Source: an uncultured Acidiferrobacteraceae bacterium (lineage in GTDB: Bacteria; Pseudomonadota; Gammaproteobacteria; Acidiferrobacterales; SZUA-150). From it: 64,000 nt of DNA. Where the stretch lies: the NCBI GenBank assembly GCA_913009895.1, contig CAJVXY010000001.1, positions 58,469-122,468 on the forward strand, read 5' to 3'. Below, piece by piece: positions 47,432-55,865 of this stretch (its first letter is position 1; the number at the start of each line of letters is the position of its first letter). The notes beneath the pieces were generated by a model. The model did not search any database, was not told the DNA's origin, and saw only the letters and a list, made by a program, of their open reading frames with translations. The translations under genes were made by a program, and so were the position numbers.

Positions 47432-48486
47432 GGGGGCATCACTTTAGTCTCCAGGCCTATAATATAATGGCTGGTATGCGTTATATGGACGTGATTTCGT
47501 TCACCATTTTTCAGGTCGGGACTGAACTGGGGGACAAAAGCTATTTCTGCCAGACGGTCAGGTGGTGTCTTGGTTTGTAACCGGGAGCCGGGATAAAACA
47601 TATGGTAACACCCGCAATTGTGCATGGTGTCCTGCATCAGGATTTGACCATTGTCGTCCAATGTTACACGCCAGTTAATGCCATCAAGATAGCCGCCCAA
47701 TAAATCAAGTGTTGAAGTCAGGGGCCGCTCTGGAAACCAGATGACATAATTTAATTGCAGCAGGATCTTTTCCTTGTAGCGGGTATAGGAGACCCTGGTG
47801 TAAACAGTTGCCCCGTCCGTTTCTACCAGCGGCAGGGAGCCATCTGGCGACCAGGACATGGTGCCGATGTCATCTGCAGCCCCTTTTCTGTGGATTAACC
47901 AGACAGGCGCGTAATGTTGTAAAAGCCGTTGCTGATCCCGTGGCGATAACATGGGCAGGGACAGGGGGTTGTCGCTGGCCTCGGCTAATATTTTACCCGG
48001 CTCATCACTGCTCAAAAATGTACCGGGTTGCGGTTGGTAAATAGTTGTTGCAGAAGATATCCGTTCTGGGGATCCTGTTTTTTTGTGGGCATTTAATGAT
48101 TTCTTCTGATGCGATTTAATTCCCCAGGCGGCAGGTAACACCACCAGCGGGTAAATACCCAGGATCCTTTTCCAGCTTTGGTAATTATCCTTAACCACGG
48201 CTTGTGCTTGTATTTTTAAATTCGGCAGGCCAGTCTTTTTTTCATTTGCCAGCAGGGTTTGAATACATGTGTTTGTCAGGCGCCTGGCATCACTAATATT
48301 TTTTGACTGTTTATTTACCTGGTCCTGAAAGGCAGGCAAGCCAAGATTGGCCAGCTCGACATCAAATCCTTGCCGGGCCAGGGCCGCGGACTGTTCAAGC
48401 CAGAAATGATATTTAGTCGTGCTGTTTGTGCCTGTCGTGTCCATTATACCGGGCAAGAGACTGGCTAAAAATCTATCGACCCGCAA
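47428..48486 (-). CDS. Hypothetical protein, probably the body of a disrupted lipoprotein gene
   Basis: 352-aa ORF with only a TTG start. The frame stays open upstream to 48597 without an ATG. A lipoprotein signal peptide is encoded just upstream in another frame. Confidence 0.5.
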   Translation of the reverse strand: MRVDRFLASLLPGIMDTTGTNSTTKYHFWLEQSAALARQGFDVELANLGLPAFQDQVNKQSKNISDARRLTNTCIQTLLANEKKTGLPNLKIQAQAVVKDNYQSWKRILGIYPLVVLPAAWGIKSHQKKSLNAHKKTGSPERISSATTIYQPQPGTFLSSDEPGKILAEASDNPLSLPMLSPRDQQRLLQHYAPVWLIHRKGAADDIGTMSWSPDGSLPLVETDGATVYTRVSYTRYKEKILLQLNYVIWFPERPLTSTLDLLGGYLDGINWRVTLDDNGQILMQDTMHNCGCYHMFYPGSRLQTKTPPDRLAEIAFVPQFSPDLKNGERNHVHITHTSHYIIGLETKVMPP

Positions 48487-48578
48487 GTGGGGAAAATCCG
48501 GCAGAATTGTGTACTGGGCATTCCGCAGGCCTGCCTCCCCTGTGACGTGATTTAGCTTGTCCAGGTATTGTCGACATT

Positions 48579-48692
48579 CTAGACTGCTGCAGCCGGGTTA
48601 AGCGGCGCTTGATTTGACTGCAGGCCCTGACAGCTGCTTATGAGCAATACCAGGAACCCTGACAGTAAAAACCGAAGTCCATGATTTTTCAT
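48579..48692 (-). pseudogene. Detached lipoprotein signal-peptide ORF (frameshifted 5' end of the downstream gene?)
   Basis: MKNHGLRFLLSGFLVLLISSCQGLQSNQAPLNPAAAV*. Lipobox LISSC. Its last codons overlap the open upstream extension of the 47428-48486 frame (48579-48597). Confidence 0.4.
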
Positions 48693-48790
48693 GTGCCGTA
48701 AATCAACCTTTTCCTAAAAAACCCAGGACACTCGCTTATATTAGTTGCTCTGCCACCCGGGCCAGTATGCCAGACATGTAGACAAAGTGA

Positions 48791-48805
48791 GAACATAATG
48801 AGAAC
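48791..48805 (+). promoter_or_regulatory. Direct repeat GAAC-N7-GAAC immediately upstream of lexA (candidate SOS operator)
   Basis: GAGAACATAAT GAGAACATATG: the 9-mer GAGAACATA occurs twice with an 11-nt period and ends 10 nt before the lexA ATG. Confidence 0.35.
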
Positions 48806-48814
48806 ATATGGTTT

Positions 48815-49441
48815 ATGCCATTAAACCAGCTTACAGACCGACAGCGCCAGACTTACGAGTTTATCAAATCCTACATCCAGGAGGTTGGATATGGGCCGAA
48901 ACTGGTTGAAATAGCCACAGCGCTCGGTATTCGTTCTCGTGGCACTGTCCATCGTTATTTGACCGCCCTGGTTAACGAGGGCCTGGTAGAGGTGCTGGCT
49001 AATAAATCACGGGGTATTCAATTGAGTCGTCACTCAGAAAACTCGCGATTGCCTGGAGCCTTGCCCCCTATTTTGCCAATGGCAGGCATCATTGCTGCTG
49101 GCAAGCCGATTGAAGCCATTCCTGACATAGACCATATTGATTTGAGCGAGTTTTTTGTTAGTGACAACAGGTTTGTTTTGCGGGTACAGGGTGATTCCAT
49201 GGTCGAGGCCGGTATTCTTGATGGCGACATGGTTGTTGTTGAGCAGTGCCAGATAGCCAGAGATGGTCTTATTGTCGTGGCCTTGATAGACCACCAGGAA
49301 GCCACGTTAAAACGTATTAAAAACAATCAGGATGGCAGTATCTCCCTGATCCCGGAGAATACAAAAATGAAACCAATGCGTTATCCTGCCGGGCGTGTCA
49401 GCATCCAGGGCCGTGTTGTTGGCCAGTTCCGGGCTTACTAG
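48815..49441 (+). CDS. lexA: LexA repressor
   Basis: 208 aa. N-terminal wHTH (TDRQRQTYEFIKSYIQEVGYGPKLVEIATALGIRSRGTVHRYL). Cleavage and catalytic region (AAGKPIEA, VQGDSMVEAGILDGD, ATLKRI). Confidence 0.9.
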   Translation: MPLNQLTDRQRQTYEFIKSYIQEVGYGPKLVEIATALGIRSRGTVHRYLTALVNEGLVEVLANKSRGIQLSRHSENSRLPGALPPILPMAGIIAAGKPIEAIPDIDHIDLSEFFVSDNRFVLRVQGDSMVEAGILDGDMVVVEQCQIARDGLIVVALIDHQEATLKRIKNNQDGSISLIPENTKMKPMRYPAGRVSIQGRVVGQFRAY

Positions 49442-49476
49442 GCCGGATTTACTATTCCGGGCTTACTGTTTTAGTT

Positions 49477-50400
49477 TTGGCGGATATTTTGTTACAGCAG
49501 GAATGCATCTGGCCCAGGGCAATATTGTGCATTGTTCCTGCGAGTAATGTTGAGCTAATGTCCAGGCTCAGGATTGTTAGTTTGTTTCGGCAGGAACTGG
49601 CACCGGACATTTTTACTGAAATCACAAATCCAGGAATCCCAGGTTCCGGAAAAGAATTTTATTTCGATATTACCCATGTCCAGATCAGGACCGGTTCACC
49701 GGAAATGATTAGCCGGCGTTTTCAAAAAAAGCTTGGCAGCCGTGTGCGATTGGGCCTCGCCATCAATATACCATTGGCACAATACGCGGCCAGTTTAAGT
49801 GTATCCGCTAACCCACATGTTATTGCTCCATGGAGAATAAATGCTGAGATGGGCCCGGTGCAATTAAGTAAATTACAATTTATTCAGGCTCAATTCCTGC
49901 AAAGGTTGAAGTTACGTGGAATAACCAGGGCCCATCAGTTTATGGAATTAAACAGACTGGAAATAACCAAAATGTTTGGCCAGCAGGGGCTTGTGTTACT
50001 GGATGTATTTCGTGGCCAGGATCGTTTCGCAAACATATTTATTGGAAATTGCTGTTCACGGCAGATAATCCAGCAACAGGTACTGCCGCCGAACACACAA
50101 GGCAGGCGTTTGATTTTAAGATACTTGAAGCAAGTATCAGCCAGGCTGGCTAATGTAGCGCGTTTGCAAAAGAAAATTAGCAATAAAATTCAGTTAAAGG
50201 TTTATCTCAGGAAACAGAAAAAGATAAAAATCTTAATCGGAGTCGATAACCCGTGGGACAGCAAACTATTATTTAAAGAACTAGTTTGCCAGTTACCTGA
50301 AAAATTATTTGCGAATACTATTTTGGCGATAGAGTTGAATTTTCTGGAGCCGGTAAATATATCCGGGCAGGAAGAATTGTTACTTGATCTTGCCAGTTAA
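49477..50400 (+). CDS. Shortened Y-family DNA polymerase homologue (DinB/ImuB-like), probably catalytically inactive
   Basis: 307-aa ORF, TTG start, 36 nt after lexA. By eye it is collinear with E. coli DinB from the palm (GKEFYFDITH vs SLDEAYLDVT) through the thumb/HhH region (LRGITRAHQFMELNRLEITKMFGQQGLVLLDVFRGQD). It continues to the little-finger end (ILAIELNFLEPVNISGQEELLLD). The N-terminal DMDxFYA block reads LCIVPASN, and ~55 aa of the fingers are missing. Confidence 0.6.
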   Translation: MADILLQQECIWPRAILCIVPASNVELMSRLRIVSLFRQELAPDIFTEITNPGIPGSGKEFYFDITHVQIRTGSPEMISRRFQKKLGSRVRLGLAINIPLAQYAASLSVSANPHVIAPWRINAEMGPVQLSKLQFIQAQFLQRLKLRGITRAHQFMELNRLEITKMFGQQGLVLLDVFRGQDRFANIFIGNCCSRQIIQQQVLPPNTQGRRLILRYLKQVSARLANVARLQKKISNKIQLKVYLRKQKKIKILIGVDNPWDSKLLFKELVCQLPEKLFANTILAIELNFLEPVNISGQEELLLDLAS

Positions 50401-50485
50401 AAAAACCGCTACGACTATTTTAATACGATCATACCTACGCGTAAGCCATTAAGTTTTATATTGGTAAGTTAAAGTTTTGCAGGTA

Positions 50486-51289
50486 TTAAATTGGCAGGAA
50501 AATCAAAAAAAGAAATATCCCTAACACCAGGCGATATATTACGAAGGGAAGCATACTGATTTTTTCCAGCAATTTAAGGAAAAAATGTATAGTAAAATAG
50601 GCACTGGCAAATGAAACAATTGTACCAATCGTGATAGCAGACCAGTCAACAGGGGCAGCTTGCCGTAACAAATCCGTGGTCTTGAGGCCACCGGCAGCAA
50701 GTATGATTGGTATTGACAGGAGAAAGGATGTGCGAGCGGCTGCAGATCGGGTCAGGCCCAGTGCCAAGGCAGCAGTGATAGTAATACCGGAACGCGAGGT
50801 GCCCGGTATCAGGGCCAGGACCTGGGCACAGCCTATTATCAGAAAACCGCCAATACCCAGCTGATGCTCGTTTTTTTCAAGTTTTCTGGAACGGTCGTAC
50901 CACCAAAGTAACAGGCCAAAAAGAATTGTGGTGGTGGCTATTACTAATGGTGAGCGCAAGTATAATTCGACATAGTCCTTTAATAAAATGCCAGCAAGGC
51001 CTGCTGGTATAGTCCCAACGATGATTCCCCAGGCCAGGCGACTGTCACCGGTATGTGACCTTGTTGCAATAGATTTAACCCAGTCAGCGAAAAGGGGGCG
51101 AATTTCCCCGCGCATATAGATCACCACTGCCAGTAATGTTCCCAGGTGAACGGCTACATCAAATGCCAGCCCCTGATCCTGCCAACCAAGTAATTTTGGT
51201 ACTAAAATTAAATGTGCCGAGCTGGATATCGGCAGGAATTCAGTTAAACCCTGAACTATTGCCAGTACCAGTATTTGAATAAGATCCAT
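50486..51289 (-). CDS. uppP: Undecaprenyl-diphosphate phosphatase
   Basis: 267 aa. GLTEFLPISSSAHL and PGTSRSGITI motifs. Confidence 0.9.
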   Translation of the reverse strand: MDLIQILVLAIVQGLTEFLPISSSAHLILVPKLLGWQDQGLAFDVAVHLGTLLAVVIYMRGEIRPLFADWVKSIATRSHTGDSRLAWGIIVGTIPAGLAGILLKDYVELYLRSPLVIATTTILFGLLLWWYDRSRKLEKNEHQLGIGGFLIIGCAQVLALIPGTSRSGITITAALALGLTRSAAARTSFLLSIPIILAAGGLKTTDLLRQAAPVDWSAITIGTIVSFASAYFTIHFFLKLLEKISMLPFVIYRLVLGIFLFLIFLPI

Positions 51290-51424
51290 GTATTGTGTTT
51301 ATAGAATTTTTATTTTTTACTATTTGTTCAAGTTTACAGCGGCCATAATACAGGAAGTAAGCCTGAATTCCTGCATGTGTTATGGTAACCACACGAATAT
51401 ATCTGAGACTGTGACATTATAAAA

Positions 51425-52246
51425 ATGAATCTTGAGATTGCATCCAGGTCAATTAAGGTAATTTTATTCGGTTCAGCCTGTTTGACAATATCGCTTGGTC
51501 CAGGCGTATCTTTAGCCCAATCTGAAGTCGAGCATAAGACCCGGACTGAGGTTACCAAGCCAACACCGTTTAACGCCAGTTACGAAGTTTACAATGGCGA
51601 CAGTAAAATAGGTGAGGTCCTTTTTTCATTTAAACATGTGGACAATAATAATTATACATCAGAAGGAATTGCATCCACGTCAGGAGTAATAGGGTTGGTG
51701 CCCAATGTTAATGCAAGTGTAAAAAGCAGCTGGAAGTATATTAATGGGCATATTCAGCCAGTTTGGTACAAGTATAAAACCAGTATTGTCATGGTAAACA
51801 AGAAAATGTTTAGTGTTTTTGACTGGTCCGATCATGTTGCAACAGTTACACATAATGGTACCGTTAGAAAAGTCCCGCTACAGGATGGAGACCTAGACCA
51901 ATCTCTGGTGCCGCTGGCCGTAATGCAGGATATGAAAAGACAAAAACTAAGAAATGAGTACCGATATGTGGACAGGCGGCGAATAAAAAAATATAAATTT
52001 AAAATTATTGGTCAAGACCAGGTAGATACTAAACTTGGGAGATTTGACGCAGTGCTTGTGGAGACGATCGAAAAAAGTAAAAAGCGGAAAAAGGTAAAAC
52101 GACAAACCAGGTTCTGGAGTGTGCCGAAACTGGACTATTTACCAGTTCGCATTACTCATAAGTCCGGGGACGATAGAGAAGTAGTGATGTCACTAACCAA
52201 ATTAAGCGGAGAGCTGGGTGACAGATTAAGAAATTATAAAAAATAA
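51425..52246 (+). CDS. Secreted DUF3108-like protein
   Basis: 273 aa with a signal-like N-terminus. FNASYEVYNGDSKIGEVLFSF-type opening and a beta-rich body, as in DUF3108. Assignment is from memory only. Confidence 0.45.
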   Translation: MNLEIASRSIKVILFGSACLTISLGPGVSLAQSEVEHKTRTEVTKPTPFNASYEVYNGDSKIGEVLFSFKHVDNNNYTSEGIASTSGVIGLVPNVNASVKSSWKYINGHIQPVWYKYKTSIVMVNKKMFSVFDWSDHVATVTHNGTVRKVPLQDGDLDQSLVPLAVMQDMKRQKLRNEYRYVDRRRIKKYKFKIIGQDQVDTKLGRFDAVLVETIEKSKKRKKVKRQTRFWSVPKLDYLPVRITHKSGDDREVVMSLTKLSGELGDRLRNYKK

Positions 52247-52274
52247 CCAGGTACAATCATGAGGTCGTCTTATA

Positions 52275-53156
52275 TTAACGGCTGTATACGCGGGCTTCAC
52301 CTTCAGGCCGGCACCGAAATCGTTTGTAACACCATAAATATTGATCCGGTAAAGCTCGAACGCATTCTTCAACACCGGCATTCATTGCTGAGCAAGATGT
52401 ATTCGTATCCTTATGGTTTATTTCACCGGATCCTTTTATAAAATGTAAATTATATCCACGCCCAAACGATAATCGTTCTGCATAGCCGAAAATTACTACG
52501 GCCCCGGTTTTGGCTGCTAATCTTGATAAAAGCGTCATAGTGTTGGCCTGGGTTGCAAAAAAAGGGGCAAATACGCCACCACCCGGGCCAGGATCCTGAT
52601 CGGGCAAAATTCCTATCAACTCCCCCCTTGCCAGGGCGGCATAAAGTGATTTAACCCCACCTCGGCCCGTGGGCACCAGTGTTGCGCCTACTCTTTCACG
52701 GGCCCTGCGCATGAGACTGTCCATACCAGACAATGGCGATGGTCGATACATGATGGTCATGGGATATTGCGGCGAAGCATATACGCCTATAATTTCCCAT
52801 GAGCCCAAATGTGGTGCGGCAAGAATGCAACCTTTTCCTGACGACATGGCATGATCAAGAATTTCTTTCCCAACAACTTTTTTTATTTTTGCCAAGACGC
52901 GTTTCTTGGACCAATACCAGAGTACACCAGTTTCAATAGCGCCTTTGCCCGTTTCCAGCAAGTTGTTTCTTAAAAGTCTGGATCGTTGGGTATTGGAGAG
53001 ATCGGGGAAGCAAATGGCCAGGTTTGTTTTTATGGTGCTGCGCCTTTTGTTGGGTACCAGGATAAATCCCCAGGCCAGTATCACGCCGATCAAATGGACA
53101 ACGGGCAATGGCAACAGTGAAAATACCCAAATAAATATTTTCAGTAATTGCGACAA
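52275..53156 (-). CDS. LpxL/HtrB-family lipid A (Kdo2-lipid IVA) late acyltransferase
   Basis: 293 aa, TTG start, N-terminal anchor helix. AAPHLGSWEI catalytic block and ILPDQD block. Confidence 0.75.
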   Translation of the reverse strand: MSQLLKIFIWVFSLLPLPVVHLIGVILAWGFILVPNKRRSTIKTNLAICFPDLSNTQRSRLLRNNLLETGKGAIETGVLWYWSKKRVLAKIKKVVGKEILDHAMSSGKGCILAAPHLGSWEIIGVYASPQYPMTIMYRPSPLSGMDSLMRRARERVGATLVPTGRGGVKSLYAALARGELIGILPDQDPGPGGGVFAPFFATQANTMTLLSRLAAKTGAVVIFGYAERLSFGRGYNLHFIKGSGEINHKDTNTSCSAMNAGVEECVRALPDQYLWCYKRFRCRPEGEARVYSR

Positions 53157-53214
53157 AAGATTTCCAGGCAGGTATTTGGTGATCGTTTAATAAAAGATAT
53201 TTTCTCTGGATAAT

Positions 53215-54699
53215 TTAATCCAGGTGGGTTTCGTATGGCTGGACCAACAAGCCACCGCGACCGGAAAGAAAACTCCGGGCTTTGGCTGACAGAAATCCCA
53301 GGCCAAAGCGTAAAAGCCGTAGAAAATGATTAGGATATCTTAGTGTTAATTTCAGGTAATAAAGACCAATTTCTGGTCGCTTGTAAAAAGTAGTAAGAAT
53401 TTCCTGGTAGTGGCGGTCCAGTTCTTCAACAGAAATACCGTCCGGGGCCCAGACGAAATTCATGCCGTTCATTTTTTCCCAGTGATCATCGCGAATATTG
53501 GTACCATAGATATCACGATAAATTGGTGAGCCTGGATAGGGTGTGAATTTAGTCAGGTTCATAATTGTCATTGGGATACGTTTAATAAAATCCTTGGTTT
53601 GCTCAATTGTGTCATTATCTTCACCGGGGAAGCCCAGCATAAACAGGCCTTTGGTGCGGATGCCGGCATTAGAAGTCCAGTTAATGGCCTGTTCTGATTT
53701 TTCGACCTCGGCCGCCTTGTCCATTTTTTTCAACAAATCATTTGACCCCGTTTCAAGCCCAAACGAAATTTCCCAACAACCCGCTTTTTTCATTAAATCC
53801 AGTACGCCCGGTTTAACAGTGTCGACCCGGGCAGTACAGGTCCAGGTCATTTTTAGTCCGTCCTCAAGTATCATATTACAGAGTTCGGCAACCCTGACTT
53901 TACTCGCCAGAAATAGATCATCAACAAACATGATGTGGCGTACGCCATATGTGTCATGGAGATGCTTCATCATTTCAAAAACTTTAACCGGAGAATAATG
54001 CCGAACCCGGGAACCAAAGGTAGAGGTATCGCAAAATTTACAATGAAAAGGGCAGCCACGGGATGCAGCAATGGTTGCCACAGGCCCGCGAGGAAAGTCA
54101 TAGATAGCCGGTTTGTATGCTCGAGGAAAATTTTTCAGTAGATCCCATGCTGGAAAGGGCAACTCGTCAAGATTCCTGTTGATTGCCTTGCCAGCAGTCT
54201 GTTGGACTAGTGATTTATCACGGTACAAAATTCCTGGTACCTCACTGATATTTCTGCCAGTTTCTATTGTGCTGAGTAAGTCGACCAGGGTTTTTTCACC
54301 TTCACCATTTACAGCGAAATCAAATTCCGGGAAACGTACCAGTGTTTCCGGGCCCATTGACGATATATGTGGTCCCCCGACAATAATTATTACGCCAGGT
54401 AATTTCTTTTTAATTTCACGGGCAATAGATGCTGCTCCCCAAACACCAACAGTGAACAAGGTGATGCCGACATAAACCGGGTTCTCCCGGATAACCTTAT
54501 TGGCCACGTCCTGGATCGACATATTAAATATGTCGCTTTCAATGATGCTGGGCTGGTAACCATGTTCCCGAACTTCAGCAGCCAGGTGGAGCAAACCAAG
54601 AGACGGCGATTTGTTCGTGATATGTTTTACAAATTCATAACCGGGCGCAATGCGCTCGTACGGTGGGTTAATAAATATAATTTTTTTATTTGTTGACAT
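53215..54699 (-). CDS. B12-binding-domain radical SAM protein
   Basis: Start at ATG 54699 (MSTNKKIIFINPPYER). N-terminal Rossmann-like B12-binding region (VGITLFT..., IIIVGGPH). ASRGCPFHCKFCD CX3CX2C cluster. Confidence 0.8.
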   Translation of the reverse strand: MSTNKKIIFINPPYERIAPGYEFVKHITNKSPSLGLLHLAAEVREHGYQPSIIESDIFNMSIQDVANKVIRENPVYVGITLFTVGVWGAASIAREIKKKLPGVIIIVGGPHISSMGPETLVRFPEFDFAVNGEGEKTLVDLLSTIETGRNISEVPGILYRDKSLVQQTAGKAINRNLDELPFPAWDLLKNFPRAYKPAIYDFPRGPVATIAASRGCPFHCKFCDTSTFGSRVRHYSPVKVFEMMKHLHDTYGVRHIMFVDDLFLASKVRVAELCNMILEDGLKMTWTCTARVDTVKPGVLDLMKKAGCWEISFGLETGSNDLLKKMDKAAEVEKSEQAINWTSNAGIRTKGLFMLGFPGEDNDTIEQTKDFIKRIPMTIMNLTKFTPYPGSPIYRDIYGTNIRDDHWEKMNGMNFVWAPDGISVEELDRHYQEILTTFYKRPEIGLYYLKLTLRYPNHFLRLLRFGLGFLSAKARSFLSGRGGLLVQPYETHLD

Positions 54700-55107
54700 C
54701 TGGTGGCAGTGCCTGGAAGAAATATAAGATATTGTTATCAATACAAAATATGAATGTTGTTAGATCGAAAGTCAATAAAGCCCCATGTTTAGGAAGGTAA
54801 GATAAGTCACAGGAAATTTATCTGACAAGCCGTTGTATTAAGAGAATGATTTTGTCCTTGCCTAAAATGACATCTTTATAATCAATATGTTAAGGTGGAT
54901 TACGAAATAACCTGGGACACCAGTGCCAGCCAAACGATCTATTGCATATAATGGCTGACACCCTCCAGGGCCTTGTATTTCCCGACATAATAGCAATTAT
55001 TTTTTTATTGCTGGGACCGGAGGCCCATAGATCAATGAGATTACGTGCCTTTTTTGGGCCTGGTAAATATCCGACATTTCACACCAGGAGGTACTATTGT
55101 TGCTGTT

Positions 55108-55764
55108 ATGAGTAGACTATCAACTATATTTGCAATATTACCCGGGCTAATGATGTATTCGCCTGGCCAGGCAAATGATTCAATCAATATAGCGATCGGC
55201 AAATTTTCAGGATCATCTCTCGATGGCTGGAAAGAAAAGTCATTTAGTGGTTCTACGAATTATCGATTTGTAACAACTGACGGTAAAGTTGTTTTGCTTG
55301 CTGAGAGTAATGGGGCTGCCTCAGGCCTTTTTTATGAAAAAGAAATTGATTTACTTAAAACACCAGTAATCAACTGGAGCTGGAAAGTGGACAAGGTATT
55401 AAAAGACGCCAAAGAAACTACCAAAAAAGGCGATGATTATCCGGCTCGAGTTTACGTTATTTTCTCCGGCGGTATATTTTTCTGGAGAACCAGGGCAATT
55501 AACTATGTTTGGTCAAACAATCAAAAAATCGGGACTACCTGGCCAAATGCATATACAGGCAATGCGCAAATGATTGCGGTTCGAACTGGAGGAGATCAGG
55601 CTGGTCAGTGGATGAAAGAGAAACGAAATATTCGGGAAGACTACAAACAGCTGTTTGGTGAAGATATTGATTCGGCTGATGCCATAGCAATCATGACAGA
55701 TACTGACAATACTGGTGGTCATGCAGTGGCGTACTACGGCGATATTTATTTAACTTCGCATTGA
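55108..55764 (+). CDS. DUF3047-domain secreted protein
   Basis: Start at ATG 55108 (signal peptide MSRLSTIFAILPGLMMYSPGQA). DDYPARVYVIF, AINYVWSN and IAIMTDTDNTG blocks. Confidence 0.6.
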   Translation: MSRLSTIFAILPGLMMYSPGQANDSINIAIGKFSGSSLDGWKEKSFSGSTNYRFVTTDGKVVLLAESNGAASGLFYEKEIDLLKTPVINWSWKVDKVLKDAKETTKKGDDYPARVYVIFSGGIFFWRTRAINYVWSNNQKIGTTWPNAYTGNAQMIAVRTGGDQAGQWMKEKRNIREDYKQLFGEDIDSADAIAIMTDTDNTGGHAVAYYGDIYLTSH

Positions 55765-55865
55765 TTACTACAGGATTAGATTGTTCTACTGTTGAAGTAG
55801 TTGATTATTTCCAGAGCAATATTAATTACAAGTTTAAGATTAGGTGATATTGGGAGCGATAAAGA

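Noticed and set aside
48750-48765. CTGCCACCCGGGCCAG as a possible gamma-type SOS box upstream of lexA.
   Set aside because: Both invariant positions of CTGT-N8-ACAG are mismatched (CTGC / CCAG) and the spacer is GC-rich, so it is unlikely to be a LexA site.
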